Assembly: GCA_043806035.1 (NCBI GenBank)
Contig: JAZDHK010000033.1
Location: forward strand, 47,103-111,102
Direction of reading: 5' to 3'
From: an archaeon
GTDB taxonomy: Archaea; Nanobdellota; Nanobdellia; Woesearchaeales; UBA9642
Length of the DNA stretch: 64,000 nucleotides
Below are positions 56,211-64,000 of the stretch, one piece after another (position 1 is the stretch's first letter; every line of letters begins with the position of its first letter). The position numbers were made by a program, and so were the translations under genes. The notes beneath the pieces are model-generated. The model was given only the letters and a program-made list of their open reading frames with translations, made no database searches and was not told where the DNA came from.

Positions 56211-56771
56211 TTACCTTTTCCTCATCAGCTCGTATACGAGAAACAGCAGCAATACAAAGACAACTCCTCCGAGGAACCACCAAGGACTTGCCCAGGGTGT
56301 GACAGGAGGTTGTGGAGCCATTGGTGCGCTCTCTGCCGCGAGCATCATGACCCTGTCCGCGCCTTTCTGTGCGGCAAAGCTTGTTCGTTGTGTTGCGAAC
56401 AACACGGCGGTTGCTGCAAGAGCGATGAGTGAAATGGGCAGGAACTTCGCCAAGCGCTCCTTGATATCCATATTTTTTTGTGGCGTGATGATGATGAGCT
56501 TATTGGCAATGCTGTAGTGGTTGATTTCCTTCCCGCGTTTGCTATAATGGAACTCATCTACCTTCACAAGTCCTGTTGCGAGCAGGTTCTTGAGATTGTA
56601 GTGCACGGTGGAGAGCGGCATGTTAAGCCCTTTGCTCAGCTCTGTTTCGGTAGCGTCTTTGCTGCTGAGCCTGTCGAGAATCTTCTTGCACGCTGGACTT
56701 TTGATGATTTCCGCGTAATGTTTGGCTTTGTCATCATCTAGGCTGAGGAGTATGAATTTTTCTTCAGGCAT
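56211..56771 (-). CDS. ArsR-like winged-HTH regulator with two C-terminal TM helices
   Basis: TETELSK.L.MPLSTVHYNL..L...GLV, followed by hydrophobic segments. Confidence 0.85.
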   Translation of the reverse strand: MPEEKFILLSLDDDKAKHYAEIIKSPACKKILDRLSSKDATETELSKGLNMPLSTVHYNLKNLLATGLVKVDEFHYSKRGKEINHYSIANKLIIITPQKNMDIKERLAKFLPISLIALAATAVLFATQRTSFAAQKGADRVMMLAAESAPMAPQPPVTPWASPWWFLGGVVFVLLLFLVYELMRKR

Positions 56772-56896
56772 GGTATTGAGGAAGGAGCTTCACTTTATAA
56801 ATGCTGTTTTTCTATTCGTGCAGCGAAAAGTATTTAAATGCCCCTTGCGCAGTGAGAAGAAGTCTTTTTCGTAATGACAAAAAGAGGTGTGGAATT

Positions 56897-57112
56897 ATGG
56901 CGTTGGATACCGTCATTCTGGCGATTATCATAGGTACACTGTTGGCTATTGTGTATAGCTTGAGAATCCTCGTCCTTCTTGAACGGCGTATGGCCCGAAT
57001 TGATTACAACATCGAGAAGATCGTCATGCGTATCGAGCGTGAAGAGGCCAAGATCGAGAGCGAAGAAGGCATGATCGAGAAGAAGCTCGGCATCAAGAAG
57101 AAGAAGCGGTAA
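56897..57112 (+). CDS. Small membrane-anchored coiled-coil protein
   Basis: GAGGTG ribosome-binding site, one TM helix, E/K-rich heptads and a KKKKR tail. Confidence 0.7.
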   Translation: MALDTVILAIIIGTLLAIVYSLRILVLLERRMARIDYNIEKIVMRIEREEAKIESEEGMIEKKLGIKKKKR

Positions 57113-57144
57113 TTTTTTAATCTCTTTCTTTTCTTCTTTGTTTT

Positions 57145-57765
57145 GTGAGCATTCGTCATAAGTCATTCAAGCACGGCTGGTTCTACCATTATCGCGTCCA
57201 TAATCCCAAGGCAGAGCTGCTGTGCAGCAACGGTTTTGTGAATCTCAAGCAATACTTGTACGGGCTGTTCGAGCATTGTCCTGACGATTTTTTCGACAAG
57301 GAGCCGAGGAGCAGCAGCCTCAAATTCTCTCTTGACATTCATCCGAAGAAAGTCCTGCATCATGAAGTATCTGCTCTTGCGCAAGAAGCGCTCGAACTCG
57401 GCAAGTTCAACACGGCACACACCTGCGTGGAAATGCACATGCTCCAGCACGATCTCTCGACCATTAGCATAGAAGTTCCTTTGTGGACGCAGCATCCGCT
57501 CGTTACAGGCTATTTTGGTACAGCAATTCCCTTGACGGGGCACATCGACTTGTTGCGCGTCGAACACGACAAGGTATGGATTTGGGATTTCAAACCGAAC
57601 GCAGAGAAAGAGAAGTTTGCGACGACCCAGACATACTTTTACGCGCTGATGCTTGCTGAGAGAACGGGCATTCCTCTCGAGAAATTCATGTGCGGGTATT
57701 TTGATCAGCAGCATGCGTTCGTCTTTAAACCAGAAGAGAAGTTCATGCAATTGTTAAAAAAATAA
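57145..57765 (+). CDS. PD-(D/E)XK superfamily nuclease (RecB/Cas4-like motifs)
   Basis: IEVP...TGHIDLL...WDFKP...QTYFYA (E, D, DxK and QxxxY motifs). Confidence 0.78.
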   Translation: MSIRHKSFKHGWFYHYRVHNPKAELLCSNGFVNLKQYLYGLFEHCPDDFFDKEPRSSSLKFSLDIHPKKVLHHEVSALAQEALELGKFNTAHTCVEMHMLQHDLSTISIEVPLWTQHPLVTGYFGTAIPLTGHIDLLRVEHDKVWIWDFKPNAEKEKFATTQTYFYALMLAERTGIPLEKFMCGYFDQQHAFVFKPEEKFMQLLKK

Positions 57766-57789
57766 AAATGTCTTTCGTAGTCTTTTTTT

Positions 57790-58191
57790 CTAAATTGTTA
57801 TCTCATCTTCTATTTTTTGTCCAGAGAGATTGCCTGTCACTATTTCTAACCTGTACGTGTTGCTTTTCAGGTAGCCTGCGCCACCTTCTAGAAAGCTCCA
57901 TTCTCGCCTGGTATATCTTACTTCATTTCCAATAATGGCGACTCTGTCGGTTAATGCCAGATTGCGTGGAAGTTCTATGCTGCCTTTTCCATGAGGCGTA
58001 TCTATGTCGAGGTAAACTCCTTTGATGTCCTTATCATGTACATCCAATGCAGGTGATGAAAAATGCAAGTTTCCTTCACGTATTTCTTTGACCACACCCA
58101 TCGTTGAAAAAATACGATCACCATCAACAGGATAGTTGCCATGTGCAACTACTTCAAATATTCCTTCTACTTGTTTTTGTCCGGTTTCCAT
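57790..58191 (-). CDS. Hypothetical beta-rich protein, AT-richer than its neighbours
   Basis: 133-aa ORF filling the intergenic space. Confidence 0.5.
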   Translation of the reverse strand: METGQKQVEGIFEVVAHGNYPVDGDRIFSTMGVVKEIREGNLHFSSPALDVHDKDIKGVYLDIDTPHGKGSIELPRNLALTDRVAIIGNEVRYTRREWSFLEGGAGYLKSNTYRLEIVTGNLSGQKIEDEITI

Positions 58192-58268
58192 GTGCTTGAG
58201 AATGCAGCATTGTTTATGTGCTTTTCTATTGTAATCACTACTAAATAGAAATTAATCTTATTGAAAAA

Positions 58269-58667
58269 TTAACTTTCCGTCAGCTGCGCAAAGCTCAATC
58301 CTTTGCTCTTCGCCATCGGAATCGTTACGCCGTAGCTCTTCGCTGCCTGCTTGAGATCTTCTGTCGAGAGGAACAGCCAATCCATCCTGTCGAACTTGAT
58401 GCCCACCCACGCCTCTGCACCGAATTTTCCTGCGAACTCGACCAATTCATCGACCTCTTTCTTCGTAAGATTCTTGTTCAAGCCGCCAACTGCCTTGCAT
58501 TCGATTGCGATGCGCCGCGCGCCATTTCCTGCAAGTATATCAGGGCTCGGGTATTTGTTGCTGCCGCTGCCAGCAATCCGGTGTGCTGCCCAGCCCGCAG
58601 CCCAGAACTTGTGCACGAGTTCTCTTTCTGCGTCTGAGCCTTTTGCTTTCTTGTTCTGCAGGGTCAT
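58269..58667 (-). CDS. hjc: Archaeal Holliday junction resolvase Hjc
   Basis: KG...EREL, R.AGSG...PDI.A, IECK. Confidence 0.93.
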   Translation of the reverse strand: MTLQNKKAKGSDAERELVHKFWAAGWAAHRIAGSGSNKYPSPDILAGNGARRIAIECKAVGGLNKNLTKKEVDELVEFAGKFGAEAWVGIKFDRMDWLFLSTEDLKQAAKSYGVTIPMAKSKGLSFAQLTES

Positions 58668-58812
58668 TCTTCTCTTTCTCTTTTTCTTCTTTATAAGTTT
58701 TTGTGGTGAGTGGCCAGTGGCATGTTTCAGGGTTGTTTTCTCCTTTCCCGCCAAAATCTCCCGAAATAACAACTTTTAAATATGATTTCGCCCTTTTTTC
58801 TCTTGAGGTGGT

Positions 58813-59028
58813 ATGATGAAGAAAAACATTCCTCTTGCAGCCATGGAACGAATCCTTAAGCAGCTCAGCAACGACGTCAGGGTTGGCGATGATGCCAAGG
58901 AGGCATTGCGCGATGTGCTGGAAGATATTGCCAAGGATATCGGTGCTGCAGCGCTCAAATTCGCCAACCATGCGGGCAGGAAGACAATCAAAGCGGATGA
59001 CATCAATCTCGCTGCGAAAGAGTTGTGA
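58813..59028 (+). CDS. Archaeal histone (HMf-type singlet)
   Basis: IP.A.MERI, RV..DA, HAGRKTIK.DDI; GAGGTG ribosome-binding site and TATA box. Confidence 0.95.
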   Translation: MMKKNIPLAAMERILKQLSNDVRVGDDAKEALRDVLEDIAKDIGAAALKFANHAGRKTIKADDINLAAKEL

Positions 59029-59039
59029 TTGGAATACTG

Positions 59040-59396
59040 ATGAAGAATCTCGCCCCGAATATTACGCGGCAAAGACTGCTCATCGAAGGTTATTACGCTA
59101 TCAGCGTCAATAGAACGGTGATAAAGAACTATTATGTGCTACTGACTAAGACATTGAAACTGAAAATGTACGCTCAGCCAATAATCCATTCCCCCTCAGG
59201 GGCAGGAAAAGCAGTCAACCAAGGTTTTGATGCTTTTGTTCCTTTGATCGATTCGGGCATTTATGTCGGTGCATGGACGAATGAGCAGTTCTTCTCTACT
59301 GTTATCTACACGTGCAAACACTTTGACGAAAAGAAAGCGATTGCCATAACAAAGAGATTCTGGAAAATAAAAGAAGTAGTGTGGCACTCCTTTTAG
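59040..59396 (+). CDS. Pyruvoyl-dependent S-adenosylmethionine decarboxylase-like protein
   Basis: G.D.FVPLID|SG...W....IYTCK.F pattern of the SpeD/SpeH fold. Confidence 0.7.
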   Translation: MKNLAPNITRQRLLIEGYYAISVNRTVIKNYYVLLTKTLKLKMYAQPIIHSPSGAGKAVNQGFDAFVPLIDSGIYVGAWTNEQFFSTVIYTCKHFDEKKAIAITKRFWKIKEVVWHSF

Positions 59397-60298
59397 AGTT
59401 TTACCTTCATGAAATCATACGCAGCTTCCGTCTCAGGAAAGATGGTTTTGGCTTCGTCGAGCACTTCTTCGACAGTCTTGTAGCGCTGCGAGAAATGCGT
59501 CAAAATAAGTTTCTTCACGCCCGCCTCTTGAGCTATAAGTGCAGCGTCTTTCGCGGTCATGTGCCTGAACTCCTCTGCCTTGTGCGTGAGGTTGCTCGAG
59601 AAGCTGGACTCTGAAACGAGCACGTCTGCATTCTCTGCGATGAGCAGGCAGCCCTCACACGGTTCCGTGTCGAGGATGAATGCAACTTTTTTTCCTTCCA
59701 CGAGGTACGTGACCTCCTCTGCAAGAATGTGTTTTCCCTCATGCATGATGCTTTGCCCTTGCTGCACTTTTCCCAAGAGCGGACCTTCTTTGAGGCCGTG
59801 CTGTTTCGCCTTGTCCAAATCTATCCTTCGCCTGTCCTTCTCGATGAACGCATATCCTAGACAGGGGACGCTGTGGCTGAGCTGGACGCACTCCAACGCA
59901 AAGTCTTCATCCTCGAAAAAAGTGAGCGCCTCATTATGCGCAGGGTTGAGCTCCTCGACGCGTATGTTCATCTTGCTGTCGAAGATGCAGCTCCGCATGA
60001 GATTCCCAAAATATTCTTTCGTACCTAGAGGGCCGTAGATGACAAGCGTATCGCTTCCCGAATTGCCCATGGTCTGTATTAATCCTATCAATCCTGAGAC
60101 GTGGTCGCCATGCCAGTGGCTGATGAGTATTTTCGTTATTTCGTTCCTGTTGATGCCTGCGATGTTCATCTGCCGCTGTGTTCCCTCACCGCAGTCGATG
60201 AGCATGCCTTCTGCCTTGAACTTCAGGAAGATGCTCTGCACATTCCTCTCTTTTGTTGGCACCATGGATGACGTGCCCAAAAACGTCAATGTTATCAT
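59393..60298 (-). CDS. rnz: Ribonuclease Z
   Basis: FLGTS...PT..RN, DCGEGTQ, HWHGDH, exosite GP, HFSQRY. Confidence 0.95.
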   Translation of the reverse strand: MITLTFLGTSSMVPTKERNVQSIFLKFKAEGMLIDCGEGTQRQMNIAGINRNEITKILISHWHGDHVSGLIGLIQTMGNSGSDTLVIYGPLGTKEYFGNLMRSCIFDSKMNIRVEELNPAHNEALTFFEDEDFALECVQLSHSVPCLGYAFIEKDRRRIDLDKAKQHGLKEGPLLGKVQQGQSIMHEGKHILAEEVTYLVEGKKVAFILDTEPCEGCLLIAENADVLVSESSFSSNLTHKAEEFRHMTAKDAALIAQEAGVKKLILTHFSQRYKTVEEVLDEAKTIFPETEAAYDFMKVKL

Positions 60299-60359
60299 GC
60301 CACACGGGAATGGAGGGGCGTTTAAAAAGATTTTTAAAGCTGTCCCGGTTCTTGCGACC

Positions 60360-60986
60360 ATGGCCAAGAAAGCAGTGCAGGAGCAAAGAACGCCAAAAGT
60401 TCTTGCTCATGAGCGCAAGTTGCTTATTGAGCAGGAGCCGCAGTCTGCGAAAAGCCAGAAGCACATTCCTCTGGCATCGTTCGTCGATGGGAGAATTCTT
60501 GCCGAGAATTGCGATGAGTCGAGAGAACTCAACAATAGCTCCTGCTATGGAACGCTGCTTGCCGACGGCAAACTCCAATTGAGCGCTCTCGAGGCAGCCT
60601 ACCTTGCCGAGAAAGGAAAGATCAGCATAGTCGATGCGAGGAAAAAAGCAATACGCCACGATGCGTTCGTCAAAAAAGTGAAATCAGTCGAGAAGAATTT
60701 CTCCATCCGCTATGCGGTCTTCAAGGACTTCAGGAACAGAGGATACATTATCAAGACGGCGCTGAAATTCGGCGCAGATTTCAGAGTGTATGACCGTGGA
60801 GTGAAGCCGGGGCAGGACCATGCGCGCTGGATTGTCTTTCCCGTGCATGAGAGCAGCCACATGACCTGGTATGATTTTTCTGCAAAGAATCGCGTTGCGC
60901 ACAGTACGAAGAAACGCCTCATGATCGCTGCTGTTGACGATGAAGGCGACGTCACGTACTGGGAAGTGCGCTGGGCACGACCATAA
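60360..60986 (+). CDS. endA: tRNA-splicing endonuclease
   Basis: LS.LEA.YL, RGY..KT.LKFG.DFRVY, HA, RVAHS.KK. Confidence 0.94.
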   Translation: MAKKAVQEQRTPKVLAHERKLLIEQEPQSAKSQKHIPLASFVDGRILAENCDESRELNNSSCYGTLLADGKLQLSALEAAYLAEKGKISIVDARKKAIRHDAFVKKVKSVEKNFSIRYAVFKDFRNRGYIIKTALKFGADFRVYDRGVKPGQDHARWIVFPVHESSHMTWYDFSAKNRVAHSTKKRLMIAAVDDEGDVTYWEVRWARP

Positions 60987-61018
60987 AGTATATATACTGC
61001 GTTTTCTTTCTTTTTGGC

Positions 61019-61207
61019 ATGGCATTACAAGATGCAATTCAAGACGCGATTGAACATGATGACAGCAGGGAGGAACTGCGCTGTCTTTTTCTGAATCCCG
61101 AACTCGCTGATGCACGTGAGCTACTTGCTCAATACCGTCTGGATCTGCTCAGGTTGCGAGCAGAAATCATGTACCCGTATGTGAGTGCAGAACGACAATA
61201 TATTTAA
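61019..61207 (+). CDS. Small hypothetical protein
   Basis: 62-aa ORF ~25 bp downstream of tatatata. Confidence 0.4.
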   Translation: MALQDAIQDAIEHDDSREELRCLFLNPELADARELLAQYRLDLLRLRAEIMYPYVSAERQYI

Positions 61208-61229
61208 ACCTTCTCTCGTTGCTGCATGT

Positions 61230-62192
61230 ATGGTTCTCAACAGAGATACTGTCTTCGAGGTCGTCTTAAGGAAAGGCCCCGTCATTCCCATAGATATCAT
61301 CAAAGAACTCGGGGGAAACACCATCCTCGTCGGGGCGATGCTCTCTGAACTCGCGAGTGCGAGCAAGGTGCTCATCACGAACACGAAAAAGGGAGGCAGT
61401 CCCTTCTATTACGTGCCGCAGCAGATGCATTTGCTGGACAAGCTTGCCGTCCATCTCAACGAGAAGGACCGTCGAGCATTCGACGTGCTCAAAGAGAAAA
61501 AAGTGGTCAAGGACGCAGACCTCGATCCATTGTTCAGGGTATGCATGCGTGCCATCAAGGATTTCGCAACACCCCATCCTGTCGGTGAAGAACTGTACTG
61601 GAAGTATTATCTGTTGAGCGATGCCGATGCGAAACAGATACTTGATGCGCAGCAACCCGTCACCACGTCTCCTGAAGTGCCTGTTCCACCTCAAGCACCA
61701 CCTCAAACAACCGAACCCGTTCTTGCAAGGCAGGAGCGTCCTGTGCAAGAGAAAATACTTCCTCACCAATACCCTCATCAGCAACACGTTCAACAACCAG
61801 TTCCTTCACCAACACACGTCGCCCCTGCAGTAGAGCTGCAGCAGACGCTCAAGAAAAAAGAAAAACCACAGCACAAGCCAACACCTCTTGAATCATTCCA
61901 TGAACGAACATTGCGCTTTTTTTCGAGCAAGAACGTTGAGGTAATTGATGCGAAAAAGCTGGGAAAAACGGAGTTTGAATACAGGATAAATGTCCCTTCA
62001 CCGATAGGCAAGACACTCTACTACTGCAAGGCAAAGGACAAAAGACGTATCAACGAAGGAGACCTCGCCGTCGCTGCAATGCTCGGCCAAAACATGAGCC
62101 TGCCCGTCCTTGTTCTCACTACCGGAGAACTCACCAAGAAAGCCAAAGAGCTCCTGCCCACGTTCAAGAATCTTACGCTGGCCAACCTGTGA
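61230..62192 (+). CDS. Hypothetical protein: tandem winged-helix-like N-terminus, Pro/Gln linker, restriction-endonuclease-like C-terminus
   Basis: GPVIP.DI.K.L, KGGSPFYY; P/Q/V-rich linker; YCKAKDK..INEGDL...TGELTKKA. Confidence 0.6.
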   Translation: MVLNRDTVFEVVLRKGPVIPIDIIKELGGNTILVGAMLSELASASKVLITNTKKGGSPFYYVPQQMHLLDKLAVHLNEKDRRAFDVLKEKKVVKDADLDPLFRVCMRAIKDFATPHPVGEELYWKYYLLSDADAKQILDAQQPVTTSPEVPVPPQAPPQTTEPVLARQERPVQEKILPHQYPHQQHVQQPVPSPTHVAPAVELQQTLKKKEKPQHKPTPLESFHERTLRFFSSKNVEVIDAKKLGKTEFEYRINVPSPIGKTLYYCKAKDKRRINEGDLAVAAMLGQNMSLPVLVLTTGELTKKAKELLPTFKNLTLANL

Positions 62193-62196
62193 GAGC

Positions 62197-63213
62197 ATGG
62201 GAACAAAAATAGCAGATCTTTTCGAGGCGCAACAGATAACTCTTGATGACCTCCGAGGCAAGACGCTCGTCGTCGACACGTACAATCAGCTGTACATGTA
62301 CCTCGCCACCATTAGACAGCCAGATGGCAGTCTGCTCGTTGACAGCAAAGGGCAGGTAACCAGCCACCTCTCCGGATTGTTCTTCCGATTCACGAACCTC
62401 ATGAAGCACGGCGTGAACTTCATTTTCGTTTTCGACGGCAAGCCTCCAGATCTTAAGAGGAAGGAACAGGAGCGCAGGAAAACGCTCAAAGAAGAGGCAG
62501 CGGCACGCTATGATGCAGCAAAGAAAGAGGGAGATGTCGCGGGCATGAGAAAGTACGCGCAGCGCACATCAAAACTCACACCCGACATGCTCGTCGATGC
62601 AAAAAGACTCATTGCTGCATTGGGATTTCCTGTCGTGCAAGCGCCCAGTGAGGGAGAAGCACAGGCAGCGCACATCGTGTCAGCAGGAAAAGCACACGCC
62701 ATTCTTTCCCAAGATGCTGATTCATTCCTCTTCGGCGCGCCACGTGTCATAAAAAATTTGACTATCAGCCAACGACGTAAGAAAGCCAACGCTCTATCCT
62801 ACGAGCCCATACAGCCAGAGCTCATCTCGCTCAAGGACAACCTTGCACGGCTCAACATCACGAGAGAGCAGCTCATCCTCATGGCATTGCTTACCGGCAC
62901 GGACTTCAACATTGGCGGCATCAAGGGCATAGGGCCGAAGAAAGCGTACGATCTCATAACAAAGCATGTTCGTCCTGAGGACGCATTCATTGAAGCGCAA
63001 TGGGACGAGCACATGGATGTTTCATGGAAAGAACTCCTCAATCTTTTTGTGCACATGCCTGTCGAGGAGAACGTCGACCTATCCTTTGCTTCCGTCAACG
63101 CTGCAGAAGTCAAACGCGTCCTGCTCGAGCATGACTTCACGCAAGAGCGCATCGACAAAGCACTTGCGGATATCATGAAACCAAAACATGATTCCTTATC
63201 GAGGTGGCTATGA
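62197..63213 (+). CDS. fen: Flap endonuclease 1
   Basis: MG, D.YN.LY.YL..IRQ.DG, FDG.PP, APSEGEAQAA, GTDFN..GIGPK, C-terminal PIP-like SL..W. Confidence 0.96.
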   Translation: MGTKIADLFEAQQITLDDLRGKTLVVDTYNQLYMYLATIRQPDGSLLVDSKGQVTSHLSGLFFRFTNLMKHGVNFIFVFDGKPPDLKRKEQERRKTLKEEAAARYDAAKKEGDVAGMRKYAQRTSKLTPDMLVDAKRLIAALGFPVVQAPSEGEAQAAHIVSAGKAHAILSQDADSFLFGAPRVIKNLTISQRRKKANALSYEPIQPELISLKDNLARLNITREQLILMALLTGTDFNIGGIKGIGPKKAYDLITKHVRPEDAFIEAQWDEHMDVSWKELLNLFVHMPVEENVDLSFASVNAAEVKRVLLEHDFTQERIDKALADIMKPKHDSLSRWL

Positions 63214-64000
63214 TGCTTGCTTTGAAAGTGCCGCTCAAAGAGGCACAGCAGGCAAAAGAATTCTTGTCAAAAACGAAATTCTATGATTTTTCTCGACGTA
63301 TTGCAAAGACAAAAACCACCCTATACTATCCGGTGAAGAAGAAAGAGAAGATGCCCTGGCCTGTTGTCCAGAAAAAACTGGAAGCAATAGCACATCCGGA
63401 AAAGACGCTCAAAGCAGCGCTTGCAGGCAAGCTTACGAAAAAAGAGCACGAGCTGCTCATGAGTAGCCATGACGTTGTGGGCACTATCGCAATTATTGAG
63501 ATTCCTCCTGAACTGCAAAAGAAGGAGAAGCTCATTGCGAAAACGCTGTTGCAACTGCGTCCCTCGTTGAAGACCGTCCTCAAAAAATCAGGCATTCATG
63601 AAGGAGAGTTCAGGACGCAGAAACTCACGTACATTGCTGGAGAAAAAACTAAAGAGGCAAGGTACGTCGAGAACGGCTGCACGTTTCTTCTGGATGTAGA
63701 GAAGGTCTACTTTAGTGTCAGACTTGCTCATGAGCGTTTACGTATAGTACGGCTCGTGAAGCTCGGCGAATGTGTTCTCGTCCTCTTTTCAGGCTGTGCA
63801 CCCTATCCTGTCGTGTTGGCCAAGCACACACGCGCTGCTGAGATCCTTGGCATCGAGCTCAATCCTGTCGGGCACGCGTATGGCCTGAAGAATCTGAAAT
63901 TGAATCACGTCAAGAATGTCCAGCTCATCTGCGGAGATGCTGCCAAAGAACTGCACAACCTGGCAAAAGCAGGAAAGACGTTTGACAGAATACTCATGCC
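63210..64000 (+). CDS. trm5: tRNA m1G37 methyltransferase Trm5/Taw2 family, 3'-truncated by the window edge
   Basis: Translated by hand: DVVGTIAII, GEFR, ENGC.F.LDVEKVYFS.RL..ER, FSGCAPY, ELNP, FDRILMP. Confidence 0.9.
   Translation, partial: MMLALKVPLKEAQQAKEFLSKTKFYDFSRRIAKTKTTLYYPVKKKEKMPWPVVQKKLEAIAHPEKTLKAALAGKLTKKEHELLMSSHDVVGTIAIIEIPPELQKKEKLIAKTLLQLRPSLKTVLKKSGIHEGEFRTQKLTYIAGEKTKEARYVENGCTFLLDVEKVYFSVRLAHERLRIVRLVKLGECVLVLFSGCAPYPVVLAKHTRAAEILGIELNPVGHAYGLKNLKLNHVKNVQLICGDAAKELHNLAKAGKTFDRILM

Noticed and set aside
1-64000. CRISPR array, rRNA, integrase/prophage, or reverse transcriptase/DGR
   Set aside because: I saw no regularly spaced repeats, rRNA signatures, tyrosine recombinase or RT motifs by eye.

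Overview
Archaeal chromosomal window, most likely from a DPANN lineage such as Woesearchaeota. This is inferred from the archaeal information-processing genes (Rpo3/Rpo10, eL18, PCNA, Hjc, histone, Fen1, EndA, Trm5, SRP RNA), the bacterial-type nrdR and suf genes, and the pilin-rich array. Bases 1-9.4 kb hold a tightly coupled array of about 14 type IV pilin-like (class III signal peptide) genes. Four carry a six-cysteine module with beta-defensin-like spacing (C-x6-C...C...C...CC, G-x-C), and two paralogues carry glycine-rich hydrophobic inserts. The array also contains two unannotated micro-ORFs and one frameshifted copy. It is followed by PNP, a polyprenyl synthase, a NUDIX hydrolase, SRP RNA and the rps13-rps4-rps11-rpoD-tRNA-Leu-rpl18e-rpl13-rps9-rpoN cluster. 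Next come ksgA, a SufS-like gene, two non-canonical DsbA-family genes, an intact 1279-bp ISNCY/ISA1214-like IS with a 9-bp target duplication, and a GH13 enzyme. Then follow nrdR-nrdJ with tandem NrdR boxes, sufBDSUC, a 2-oxoacid:ferredoxin oxidoreductase, tRNA-Ala plus an interrupted copy of its 3' end, tRNA-Pro and purine-salvage genes. An uncharacterised enzyme-like + nucleotidyltransferase pair lies divergent from an ACT-domain protein across a palindromic operator. The window ends in a housekeeping block (PCNA to Trm5). The best candidates for an undescribed system are the defensin-like/glycine-zipper pilin array and the ACT-linked nucleotidyltransferase pair. All calls were made by eye from motifs; no database searches were run.
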